The notes beneath the pieces are model-generated. The model ran no database searches. It was not told the DNA's origin and saw nothing but the letters and a program-made list of their open reading frames with translations. Source: Vicugna vicugna (taxonomy: Eukaryota). From it: a stretch of 64,000 nucleotides of DNA. Position 1 is the stretch's first letter. The number at the start of each line of letters is the position of its first letter. The translations under genes were made by a program, and so were the position numbers. Shown here in pieces: positions 23,983 through 35,110 of the stretch. The stretch covers positions 9,882,180 through 9,946,179 of the forward strand of contig MU061017.1 in NCBI GenBank assembly GCA_013265495.1. The letters run 5' to 3'.

Positions 23983-24192
23983 GTTGTGCTGTCCATTCTA
24001 GACTCTGCTTGCCCTGTGCGGCTACTTTTATTAAAACTGAAATCACTAGGAATTAAATAAAATGTAAAATTAAGTTCCTCAGTCGCACCAGCCACATTTC
24101 AAGTGTTCAGTGCCACATGTGACTAGTGGCTACTGGGTTAGCACAAATATGGAACGTTTTCATCTTCACAAAAATTTCTATTAGCATTGCTC
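23983..24192. mobile_element. MER3-like hAT-Charlie DNA transposon
   Basis: gtgctgtcca...ttcctcagtcgcaccagccacatttcaagtgttcagtgccacatgtgactagtggctac matches recalled MER3. Confidence 0.8.
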
Positions 24193-24661
24193 TGTATTTC
24201 CAGCTCATTTTTAAAGTTTCTTTTCCTCTGTCTGAGCCACCTTCGCCTCACTTTGGATAGGCCTGGAGGCAGAGCAGGTGGCTGGCATATGACCAGACCT
24301 GAGGCTCAGGGTGAACTTTGCATCTGGCCAAACCATCCAGGCTCCTGTAACCTGCAGTTAACTGAGCCAGGTGCTGGGAAGTCGACTGGTCCCAGGTCTG
24401 GCACCAGACTGGAGTAAATTTACATCAGAATGGCACATACAGCCTAGGGTTAGAAAGGAGGCCAGCTTTAGGAGAGCTAGACAAAAGAGCAAGCCAAACT
24501 CAATTTACTCCTAATGTTGTCTCCATCAGGTCTTTGTGGAGAAGAAAACTGCCTCCAAGAAGATGAGGCTGTGCAGTAAAAAGGGCTTTGTATCTGCCAT
24601 CAGATGGCCTGGTTCCAATCTAAGCTCTCTTAGTTAATTTCTTGGAGCCTCAGTTGCCCCA

Positions 24662-24663
<2 letters not shown>

Positions 24664-24692
<29 letters not shown>
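24664..24692. repeat. (TG)n microsatellite
   Basis: About 14 perfect TG units. Confidence 0.95.
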
Positions 24693-24694
<2 letters not shown>

Positions 24695-24719
24695 CAAATA
24701 CTTATATAGTGCTTCCTAT

Positions 24720-24930
24720 ATTCCAGAACTATTCTAAATGCATTAACAATTATAGCTCGTGAGTCCTGGTAACAACTGTGTGCGGTAGCTATGGTTTATA
24801 TCCCCATTTTAGAAATGAGGAAACTGAGGCCCAGAGAGGTTAAGCAGTTTGTCCAAGGACACAGAGTTAGTAAGTTGTGAATCACTAAGAATCAATCCCA
24901 GGCAGCCTGGCTCCAGAGGCAGTGAAAGCA
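24720..24930 (-). mobile_element. MIR SINE
   Basis: tatccccattttagaaatgaggaaactgaggcccagagaggttaagcagtttgtccaagg is the MIR core. Confidence 0.85.
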
Positions 24931-25568
24931 TGAATGATGACCATCCCCAGGTTGGTACTCCAAGTGTAGAGCAGCCATCGTGGCAAGTCAGAACTGACAC
25001 AGGCCATGGCTGACCCCTTAGTTCCGAGAGCACGGGGACGTCTGGAAGTTCCTGGGCTGAAGGATGGTGGGGAGGCCGATTGGAGGGTTTGGCACAAGAA
25101 CCACTATAAGGACTATTGCAACATTTTACCCACTGATGTGACTGTCCCAGCTGAACATCAGCCTTGGTCATCCCCATCATTCTTCTGTCACTGGGATTAT
25201 GGGAGTTAAGTGAGTTAACCCACGTTATCTCATTTAATGACGCTTAGTGTTATTTCCCTTTTTTTCTACTAATTTAATCCAGCCACTAGGATGGTGCAGA
25301 AATCAAATTAAAACACTTGCGAAGTGCCTTGTCAGGCAACTGGCACACAGTAGGCTCTAACTGCCATTTCTCTCTCTCCTCCTTACCCTGCTGAGACTGG
25401 CAGCGTCCTCCCTTTCACAGTGGCTGGGCTAAGCTAAGCTGTCAGTTATCTGCAGAGGTGCTGTCAGTGCTTTGGAGAAAAAGGCCAGTGTTTGTCAGAT
25501 CATCATCCCCCAGACTCTCAGGAGCCAGGCACACAACAGCAGAGGCCAGTGAAAGAAAGGCCAGAGTC

Positions 25569-25708
25569 NNNNNNNNNNNNNNNNNNNNNNNNNNNNNNNN
25601 NNNNNNNNNNNNNNNNNNNNNNNNNNNNNNNNNNNNNNNNNNNNNNNNNNNNNNNNNNNNNNNNNNNNNNNNNNNNNNNNNNNNNNNNNNNNNNNNNNNN
25701 NNNNNNNN
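25569..25708. other. Assembly gap (140 N)
   Basis: Run of N. Confidence 1.
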
Positions 25709-25747
25709 CCGAGGGCACTTCCACACAGACAGGGAAGCAGACGCTGA
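25584..25747 (-). CDS. SCN3B: SCN3B second coding exon, mostly inside an N gap; visible part (V)SVCFPVCVEVPS(E)
   Basis: ctctctccag|TCAGCGTCTGCTTCCCTGTCTGTGTGGAAGTGCCCTCGG then Ns. Only 25709-25747 is seen; the 25584 end is inferred from an expected 164-nt exon (55+164+226+139+64=648 nt). Confidence 0.85.
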
Positions 25748-28019
25748 CTGGAGAGAGGCCAGGGAATGGGGAAGGGACAGGAGGCGTGGGCAGAGGCAGT
25801 GGAGAGCGAGGAGGGAGGGAGGAGAGGCAGAGAAGGAAGAATCATGAGCCAAACTTGAAAACATCAGGCACGTGTATGTACGCTCCCCAAGTGTGCTCCC
25901 CACAACAGGCAGGGAGTGCGACAGAGGAGCCGTGGGGGACCGGGCATCGAACGCAAACCTCCCCAGACTAGTGGGGATGCGGTGCAGCACGCACCTGGCC
26001 CCGCCCTCAAAGACTGAGCGCCCAGGTGGGAATCGGCACACGTGCATCCATCCGTGGACCGTCCTTGCACCCTTCCGTTCAACAAGCATCCACTGAAATC
26101 TACTCTATGACAGTTCTGACACTGATACGATGAACAAAACACTCACCACACCCTAAAGGCATTTATAAACCCGAAAGGAACACATACTCCTAAGTATCTT
26201 TAAACCAGACTGTGGCAAGTGACGTAATAGTGCCGTGCTCTGTTCCCAGGGGAGGGAGAGTTTACTCCTGGTTGGGCTAGGAGAGAGGAAGAAAAGGATG
26301 GTGAGACTTGAGGCTAGAAAGGTAGATTGGACCCATGTTGTGAAGACCTCTGTACGAGCTTCACAATAGGAGGGGTCAAACGTTTTAAAGCCATGGAGAG
26401 ATGTAATCGTATCTATGTTTTATGAAAAATGTAATTCTGACGTACGGTGGAGGATGGAGCAGCAAGGAGGTGAGCTGACCCTGAGGCTGGGGTGATGCTT
26501 CACACAGAGGAGGAGAGACAGAGAGAGAAAGACGCAGTTACAAATTGAGAGGGAGGTCAGATCGGGGGGCACCTTGCATGCCACGCAGAGGTCTGGACTT
26601 GTAATTTCTGCCCTCTAGAAACATTGGACTGTAAATTCAGAATGAATCAAAAGTGGGACGTGGCTACCAATAAAGCAAGTGCAAACACAGGCTGCCTTAA
26701 CAGAAGTACACTGTGCAGAACAAATGAGGAACCATCCCTCTGCGCTGTGCAGAACAGATCTGGACTATGATGATCAGTTCAGGGTGTCACTTTGTACAAA
26801 AGGAAGTTTTTGACGAGTGCGTGTGCAGAGAAAAGCGAGATGAAGAAGGGTCTGGGGGCAAAGTCTGGTAAGAACAAAGGGAGCCAGGTGCTTAGCTTTG
26901 ACACCAACACATCTGTCTTCAAATATTTGAAGGCTGGATTGTGGAAGAGAAAACAGATTCTGTCCAGCTCCAAAAGGTACAAGAAAGTAAGTGTAGCTCA
27001 ACTGGTTTTTTTTTAAGAACTTTCTCATGCTGTAGCTGTTCACAAGTGCAGAGAACAATTTGGTGAGAGAGTTTACACCTCACAGAAGATTCAAAAGTGA
27101 AGTGACCACCCAAAATTCTTGAATCAGGGCTTCTAAACTGTCCTAACGCTAACTTATCATTAACTATTAATTTAAAACCCTTAAAAATGAAATAGTACAC
27201 ACTGTCATTTAAAGCTAGTCCACTGTGAATGGTCAATCTGTTCCTCCACTGGCAGGCAGTTAGTTCTTTCTAAAAGCAGAGGAAAGCTTTAGTTGGAGAT
27301 TGAAATGAGACTGACCAACTAATTTTGAGTCAAAAATGAAATATTTGACTTAGAATGCAACAGATTTAATTTTTAGACATAGAATTAAAAAACTGGAGGC
27401 ACTATCATAAAGTTTAACATAGTAACAAGGTAAAATACATTTTATCGGTTTTAAAACTCTCAGGAGGCTGGGGCTGGTTTTATCAGGCAGCCTGCAAGAG
27501 GCTCGCTTGCTCCTGCATGTGGATCATTATTTTAATGGATAACAGGTCCATATTTAGAGAGAACTGATCAGAAAATACTTTCAGAATGTGATGAGTTTGA
27601 AGTCTTGATTATAGGCCTTGTTTTAAAAAAAAAAGGGGGGTGGGGGTGGGAAAGAAAAAGGAAAATAAAAAGGCATGGTCTGTGCAAAACTTTGGGAGTG
27701 GTAACAGTGTAGAGAGTGTACACTGAGAACTCTGTGTAGCAGGGAGCCTTTGGGGCACATTCATATTTAAAGAGACATGGTAAAGATGAGTTAGTTCAAT
27801 GATGATGACTTCAGAGCAGAATAGGAAAATGGACCATGGAAGTATAGTTGCAATTAAAGAGGTAGGAGGAAAATGGGATTTGGCAACTGAAGGCTTGGAT
27901 TTGATGGACTGTTCAACCTCACAGAGGCTCAGTTTATTCATCAACAAAACGCTGAAAGTAATATCTATCTAAAAGATGTATCATGGAAATTGTATAGAAT
28001 AATTTGCATGAATGTGCTT

Positions 28020-29050
28020 TGTACAAATACCACTTGTTAATGTGATTTTATCCTTCATTTATTTGTTCACTTATTCAACAAACATATTGGGTGCTTCCTG
28101 TATGTCAGGCATGGCTCTAGGCACTGAGAACACAACAGGAAACAAAGCAGGAACCATCCCTGCTCTCCTGGAGCCCACATTCCACGGGAGGGAGAAAGGC
28201 AATAAGCAACACTAAGTTGCAATAAGAGCTATGAGAAAAAATAAAACAGAGCAGAGGAGATAGAATGTGCATAGGATCATGGAAACAGCCTCATTGAGAA
28301 GGTGACGTGGAGCAGGCACTGAAGGAAAGAAATGAGGGAACCAGCCACACAGGTATCTGTGTGAAGGTGTGCAGAGGAAGGAGCGACTCAGGAGTCCTAG
28401 GGTGGGAATGTGCTCGTCGAAATCAAAGAGCACAACAAAGCACAGGGAACAAAGGGAGAATAGACTGGTGTAAAATATAAAATAGACAAACAAGTTCATA
28501 CTGTACAGCACAGGGAGCTATATTCAATATCTTGTAGTAGCTTATGGTGAAAAGGAATATGAAAAACGAATATATATATCTTTGTGTATGACTGAAGCAT
28601 TGTGCTGTACACCAGAAATTGACACACCATTGTAAACTGACTATAATAAATATATATATAACAAAATATAATATAATATAGTAAATATATATATAATAAA
28701 ATATAATATATAATAAATATATATATAATAAAAATACACATTAAAAAGAAAAAATAAGCTTAAAAAAAGGAGAATAGAAGGAGACAAGGTAGGAGAGATA
28801 AGCCAGGGCCAGATCAAACTGGTCTTGTTGACCATGGTTAGAACTTTGTCTTTTATTTTGAGTGACATGGGAGCATTGGAGGGTTCTGAGTGGAGGAATG
28901 ACATAATTTATACAAAATTACATGATCTGACTGCTATGTTGAGAATAAACTGAAGAGGTGAGGAAGGACACGGGTGGAAGCAAAGAGAATAGTTAGGAGG
29001 CTAGTATAGTGATTAGATTGAGAGATGGTTCAATGATTTTGCTTTGCTGA
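28020..29050 (+). mobile_element. L2 LINE interrupted by an L1 3' fragment
   Basis: ttcaacaaacatattgggtgcttcctgtatgtcaggcatggctctaggcactgag...aggccagatc...ttttattttgagtgacatgggag, continuous on both sides of the L1 insert. Confidence 0.75.
28465..28769 (+). mobile_element. 5'-truncated L1 3' end with expanded TA tail and 10-bp TSD
   Basis: tacagcacagggagctatattcaatatcttgta...gctgtacaccagaaattgacac. TSD ggagaataga at 28455-28464 and 28770-28779. Confidence 0.85.
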
Positions 29051-29397
29051 AGATGACAGCAGAGCTGCTGGGGTTTGAAAAAGAATCGTTTGCTGGACTA
29101 ATATCCTTGAATAGATGAGAAGTGATGTCCTCTAGTGAACAAGTAGCTGTGTTGGTCTTAAATAGAAATACAGTTAGTTGATTTATAGTTAAAAGAGGGT
29201 GGGCAGAATGCAGTCAGGATGGCGAGGATGTCACAGCAGCTCCTCTTTGTTCTGAGTTGCCCCTGAGATAACAGTAACCCAAGGAGTCATCAGAGAGCAA
29301 GCTCCACTGATTCCCTTCTCCCTGCCAAAGTCCAATTACAAGTCATAAGAATGACTCTGCACATGAGGTCAATTCAGTTCATGAGGTCCTGGATAGC

Positions 29398-29530
29398 ACA
29401 CTGCAAAATGGCCACAAAATCTTCTCGTTCCTGCTTACTCTCCCTTTGCATTACGACTTGTTGCTCCTTCCATCAAGAGGGAAAGTGTATTTCTCCCTGC
29501 TGTGAGACTCCAGCACACCACTGCCTCTCT
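29398..29530 (+). mobile_element. MLT1 (MaLR) LTR fragment
   Basis: caaaatggccacaaaatcttc...tgctccttccatcaagagggaaagtgtatttctccc resembles an MLT1 5' part. Confidence 0.5.
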
Positions 29531-31749
29531 TTCCATGAGATCCTTTAGATACCAAGAAAAGGTTGTACACGTGGTAGGTATTCAACCCACACTGCTGACT
29601 ATAACTAGTAAACTCCTGGAATAATCTTAGCCAAGTCGTTTGACCTTTGGTCTTCTCTTCAATTTCTATAGTAATAATGAGGAAACATGGGAGGGAAGAA
29701 TATATTGATGATGATTATACTTAACTAAGGAATGGCATCAGGAGGCAGACAGTAACATTTATGCAACCAACTCCTCTAGTAACTCCAAATCTTTTTCTCC
29801 TTTGGGCATTGCTATATTGTCCCTCTTGACCTTGCTCTAGAATGCTTTCCTTTGTGCTAAGATAATAAAGGCTTTGATTAGAATGTAAACACCTTTCAAA
29901 AGGGGGTAATAAATGACATTATTAATAGCTATTAACACCCTGATGACTTGGTTTATCAGATTAGCCAGTCACTTAGTGGAGCCTTGAAAGTGTGGATGCA
30001 ATTTAGGCTACTGGGGGGAAGAGAGGAAAACATCCCCCACACAATGGACATCTGGAGAGGACGAGCAGAGAAGACACTCGCAGGCAAAAGATGAATATGG
30101 CCTTAGGAAAGGCTATGGCATGGGGGAGGGGCATTCCAAAAGGGATGAGAGGACAGACAGATGCCCACCTGGCAATCCTGGCATAGCATCACGTGCGTCC
30201 ACAAGAGGAGATAGAACAAGCTCTAGAAGACTGAAATCAGGAGGTAAGAGTCCCCTAGAAAGTCTTTTCCCCTCCCCTGCACTCATTTTCTCATCTCTAA
30301 ATTGAAAATAATACTGCTTTCCTTGACTACCACCATAGAATTGATATGGGGACCAAACGAAGTAATAGACTGAAAATTGCTTTGTAAATTGTAAAGCACC
30401 AGACAAATGTATATTTATTATTATTATTATTATATACTTTATTGAAGGAAATAAGGGAACTTTGTTAAATTCATGCAGAAAATAAAAGAATGGAAAAGAT
30501 TCCATTCATATTTGCATCATGTGACAAATCAGCTTGGGAAGGGAGACCATATCTAAGCTAAGTGCTTGCCGGTCTTGGAATTATATGCAAATAAAATGAA
30601 ACTGCATTTGTGAAGTGAGGCCCTCTTTCTTACACTTAATGACAAGGTTTCCTGAACCATCCTTCTTTCCCTTCTGCAGCTTCTCAATTTGTTGAACCAA
30701 TGCTCAGAAGCTGAGAATGAGGAAGGATTAGTGTAGTACGCACACTTCTTCCAAAGGTTTTTTTTGGGGGGGGGGTTGAGGGGCTAGGAGGATGGGTACT
30801 CTGCCAGTTTTAGCAATATCGTGTAAATATTTCCCTGCCATTCAATTGTGCAGCTAAAGGGATATTAGAAACCTTCTGCCCCAACTTCCAAACTTACGTT
30901 CCAGATATATGTATACAAGGAACCAGACACTCTAAGGTGGTTACATAGCAAACTAGTGGCAGAGCTAAGACTCCAGTCCAGGTTTTGTAAGTCTAGCCAA
31001 AAGGTCCTTGGACTACAGCATGTTTTCCCTCTGTTCTACAATTCAGGCAAGGATGCTAAAAACTTAAACTAGGATTTGGGAAGAAAGGGCCTGTAGAATC
31101 TCATCCCAACACTTCTCTACAACTTCATCTCCCACTGATTTACCCACTCTCTCTCTTATCCAGCCAGACTAACCTCTCCTAAGCCTCGTATCCCTAGTCT
31201 TAGCCTCCCCTGAGGAAATCTCAGCCTTGAGTATTCAAGGGAAATCACTAGCAATCTATTACGTCTGCTTCATCTTCAGGTCTGGCTTACTTTCCTGGGG
31301 ATGGATGGCAGTGAGTCTGCCCTTGGGACTGGCATTACCCTCTCTCTTTGTCCTTGCCAGCTTGTCTCATCAGGCATTTTGTTCAACAGGAAGCTTGGCT
31401 CTGCTTCTGGTCACATGCAAAATCCAGATAACGCTGGTCAACAGAGTTAGTCCTGGAGGCTTAATAAAGTGATAAAAAACTAAGGTAAAGAGGTAATTCC
31501 CATCAGCATATCTGCCACTGCATATGCAGAATGAGTTCCATGCCAACCACAGAGCATAATCCTACATGCCTACTTTCAATAAAGCAGGTGGGCACAATCA
31601 TTTCTAATTATCCTGGTTATTGATTTTTAGCATGAAGAAAAATAGCTAAGATCATGTAAAGCAATATATCGACTGATGAGCACATATTTGATCTGGAGAT
31701 CTAATCAGAGTTGCCAAGACTGAAATGCCCAGAACTACGCAACAACTAT

Positions 31750-31787
31750 ACACACACACGTGCGCGCACACACACACACACACACAC
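31750..31787. repeat. (CA)n microsatellite with a tgcgcg interruption
   Basis: cacacacacgtgcgcgcacacacacacacacacacac. Confidence 0.9.
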
Positions 31788-32707
31788 TACTATATCCTCA
31801 TCAATCCATTCAGACGCCCAAACAAGCATGCTCAGACATACACTAGCATGCACATTCAAATATTGAGGCATACGTTGACACAGTAAAGCATTCTCTCAAT
31901 CACATATTCAGACGTTATCGTGTAGACTCAGTAACTCCCACTACACACATGCAGTCACCCCACTCCAAGCCCATCTCTAACCACTCTGCTCGGCCTTGCT
32001 GTTGCAAGTATAGGACTCTCTTATTTGGAGGGAGAAGGTCACCTCACCCTTTCACAGCAGATAAGCAAGGACCTATTTATCGTTGAAGGCAAAAAACCCA
32101 ACTCCTCAAACACCAAAACACCTAGTTCCACATATTTATGAAAAAGAAGAAAGATGCAATTCCCAGGTGCCTATTTATCCAATACACAGCTGCGAATGGC
32201 TGAAGCCTGTTTTCCTTATTAAAATTAAACAGATGGATCAACAACTGAGGTATTTTCACTTTCAAAATGGATTCATCCAGATTGTTTTGATATATAAAAA
32301 TTAACTTGAAGACCCGATGACCTCTCATTGAGAAATGAAATGTAACTGTAATAGAGTTGTTTTTCATTTGTTTGTTTTTTGCTTTTTGGGAACGTGACTG
32401 CGTTCTCTTTCAGCAAAGGGGAAGGGAAAGGGAAAAAATATACTTCGGAGTTAACAGGAAACAGGAGGAAGGGTGGGAAAATCACGAAGGAAGATTTGGG
32501 AATAAAGAAGCAGGAGAGTGAGGAGGCATTTTTCCAATCTCAAAAATCCCAGTTCTCATGGAACCCCAGTGGATCCCATGCCTGGCAGACATGCACAGAG
32601 GGAAGCCAACCAGGGCTCCTTTTTGTCACCAACGACATCAATAAGTGTTATTACTGTCAGCATTATTACTGTTATCTGCATCTCGCATGGCAGGGGCTGG
32701 TACTCAC

Positions 32708-32762
32708 CCCACAAGATGAGCACGAGGGAAGCCAGGGGAAACAATCTGTTGAAGGCAGGCAT
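32708..32762 (-). CDS. SCN3B: SCN3B first coding exon, signal peptide MPAFNRLFPLASLVLILW; the exon starts at 32787
   Basis: tctgtttag|CTCCGGAAG...AAAAAGATGCCT...TGGG|gtgagt, with 25 nt of UTR and 55 coding nt. Confidence 0.97.
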
Positions 32763-33041
32763 CTTTTTCGGCGGGTGGCTTCCGGAGCTAAACAGAGATT
32801 CCCTTGGTCAGCAAATGCTCCTTCTCAGATACTTTCGAGGAAACCCTTTGGGACGAACTGTCCCAAGGGGGCGACTTTCTGCCTGAAATAAGGGCCAAGC
32901 GCCAGCGACTGGGGAGGCTCTGCGGGCTTCTTGAGGCCGGCGAGGGTTTCAGCTCCAAGCCGCCCTAGCCGACCGCCCGAATTCGAGGGAGCGGATCGGC
33001 AGCTTGGCGCGCTCTCCCCGGAGCCCGTTGCTGGGATCCGG

Positions 33042-33062
33042 CTCAGCACCACGGACAGTGCC
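33042..33062 (+). promoter_or_regulatory. RE1/NRSE (REST binding site)
   Basis: CTCAGCACCACGGACAGTGCC versus consensus TTCAGCACCACGGACAGCGCC: 19/21, with both half-sites and the canonical spacer intact. Confidence 0.9.
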
Positions 33063-33209
33063 TTCCCCGCCCACCCCGGAACTGCCAATTCCAGTTGCTC
33101 TGCTGCTTCCCTTGTTTGCGCCTCCGGGAAAGCTCAGCTCCGTAGCGAACAGCACGCAGGCTCTAGGCGGCTGGGCTGTCGAACGGGTCCATGTTGATCC
33201 ACCAGTCAC

Positions 33210-33610
33210 CTCCCTACGAATAGCTACGCTCCGACCGGCATCCACCGAGACCCGGGAGCTCCGGCTTCAGCCGCCCTGACCGGCTTCTCCAGCTGGGCGT
33301 GCCCCCACGCCCGAAGCCACCGGGACCGCCGTCTGAGCTACAAAATTCGTTCCACCTCGGTCCCGTCCACACCCGCCCTCGGCTCCCCGGGGAGGTCCGG
33401 AGAGGCGGGGAAGGAGGCGTAAGCTCCTGTTTGGCCCGCGATCTCAGAGGTGGGGCATCAGAGATAGGGTGGGTAGACCCCTTCCCCGGAGCTTGCCCCC
33501 GGATCGTGTCAGGGCCCGACCCTGCGTGGAGGGTGACCAGCTACGCTTCTCCAGGCCCCCCTGACAGTGTGTGCTGTCAGCCTGGACATGCGCAGGCGGC
33601 TCTCCACCCT
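33210..33610 (-). other. SCN3B: Probable non-coding exon 1 of SCN3B (5' end approximate)
   Basis: Donor GGGAG|gtgact at 33210/33209 gives a 422-nt first intron inside the CpG island. The TSS cannot be determined from sequence. Confidence 0.55.
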
Positions 33611-34614
33611 CACCGCCGCCACGGACCCACCCCCTCGTGCAACACTCCCCACCTCCAAACAGGCGTGCCCCTCCCAGGGCCGATCTCTGCTGCCAAGCGA
33701 GGGGCGGAGCTCCGAGCGACGCAAACACCTCAGCCCCCGCGATTCCTCTGCTCGCTGGTTGTCTCCAGGTCTCCCTTTCACGTCTCCACACCCCTTCCCA
33801 GAGCGGGCACGCCTCCTCCCACCAATTCGCACCCTCCAGGCAACCCAACTCCTGCTCCTGCACAGACATGTTTGCCTCCAGTTCCGGGAAGAGGAGGGTC
33901 ATGTCTCTTTCAGGCAATGATGTCATCTACAATGTACACTGTACATGGCTCCCAGCTTCTCTCACCCGACCCCATCTCCTCCTGCTCTCCTACTATATCC
34001 TTTGTCTAGCCTTGATTAATTGGTTCCGGACACACTGAACGCAGCAAAAGAATCCCTGCTTAGAAGTGGGGTAGGAGTGGGGCGCACCTGTTCCCATGTT
34101 CACCTCCTCAGCCAGTGAGGTGATCCAAATGTCGGTGCAAGAATGGTGTTCTTGGGGTGGGGTGAGGCAACTCCCTCTGGCTCTAGTCACTTTTTTTTTT
34201 TTTTTTACAGTTTAAAAGCAAATAAATTGTGGTTTGGCTTCTTCCAACTATTAGCCTCACCCCAGTCCTAACAGCTGTTTCAGTGCTCTGCCCCATCGCT
34301 GGAAGGGAAACCTGAACCTTTAAATTTAGTTATAAACTCAAATTGACATAATAGATTAGGAATGCCTGGAACTGAAGTGAAAGGTTAATACAAGAACCTC
34401 TCCCCCCTCTTCTCATTGCCTACTGGCTCCCTTTCCAAAAGGGGAAGCTTGACTCTGATATTCCAAAAAAGAACCACAGAGTAACAGCTGACTGTAAGTG
34501 AACCATAGGCAGGAAATTCTCCCTCCTAACACATCACAGAGCAACAGAATGTCCTTCTTTCTGGGCAGGGAGCCACCAGGCATAAACTCTATGTTGCTTT
34601 GAAGACCAGCCCTT

Positions 34615-35110
34615 GAATCACAGTGTGTTAGACTTGGATGAGAAGTTAAAGCCGACTTAATTCAACTTTCTTCCCAATTCATGAATGCCCCTAGGACGTT
34701 CCTAATGAACCGGCTCAAACTTTGTCAGTGATGAGAGCTTACTACTTCACAAGTCAGTCCCTTCTAATGTTTAAGGAAGTTCTTTATATTCAGTTGAATT
34801 CTGTACACTCCTTCCTCCTCAAACTCCATTAAGAGATGAAACAAAGCTGTTTTCCTTAAGACAGCTATGCTTCCCCAGATTTTTTGTTTGGGGCTAAGCT
34901 TCATAAGTTTCTGACAGTGTATTTCCTGGTAGTTTCCAGCCCTTGAGTACCCTGGTCACTTTCTCAAGATTTTTTGTTTGTCAGCATGATTCTCAAAGTG
35001 ACATCCAGAACAGGAGCTGATGTTTCCTGTGGGGTCTGACCCACATAAATTCAGGGGCATTGTGGCCACACTTGCTTTAGAGGATGCATCTGTTCAATTA
35101 CATTTGCAGC
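34615..35110 (-). mobile_element. CR1/L3 LINE remnant
   Basis: cagtgatgagagcttactacttcacaagtcagtccc...aggaagttctttatattcag resembles an antisense L3 3' region. Confidence 0.5.

Larger units (their letters stand above)
32750..33900 (-). promoter_or_regulatory. SCN3B: CpG-island promoter of SCN3B
   Basis: Sharp rise in GC and CpG density. GC boxes (CCGCCC ~33373, GGGGCGGAG ~33701). No clear TATA box. Confidence 0.85.

Noticed and set aside
27120-27480. Possible hAT/Charlie remnant starting cagggcttctaaact
   Set aside because: Only the first ~15 nt resemble a terminal repeat, so no family can be assigned without a database search.
32931-34038. Several 90-236-aa ORFs on both strands
   Set aside because: These reflect stop-codon depletion in the CpG island; the products are Pro/Arg/Gly-rich with no domain.
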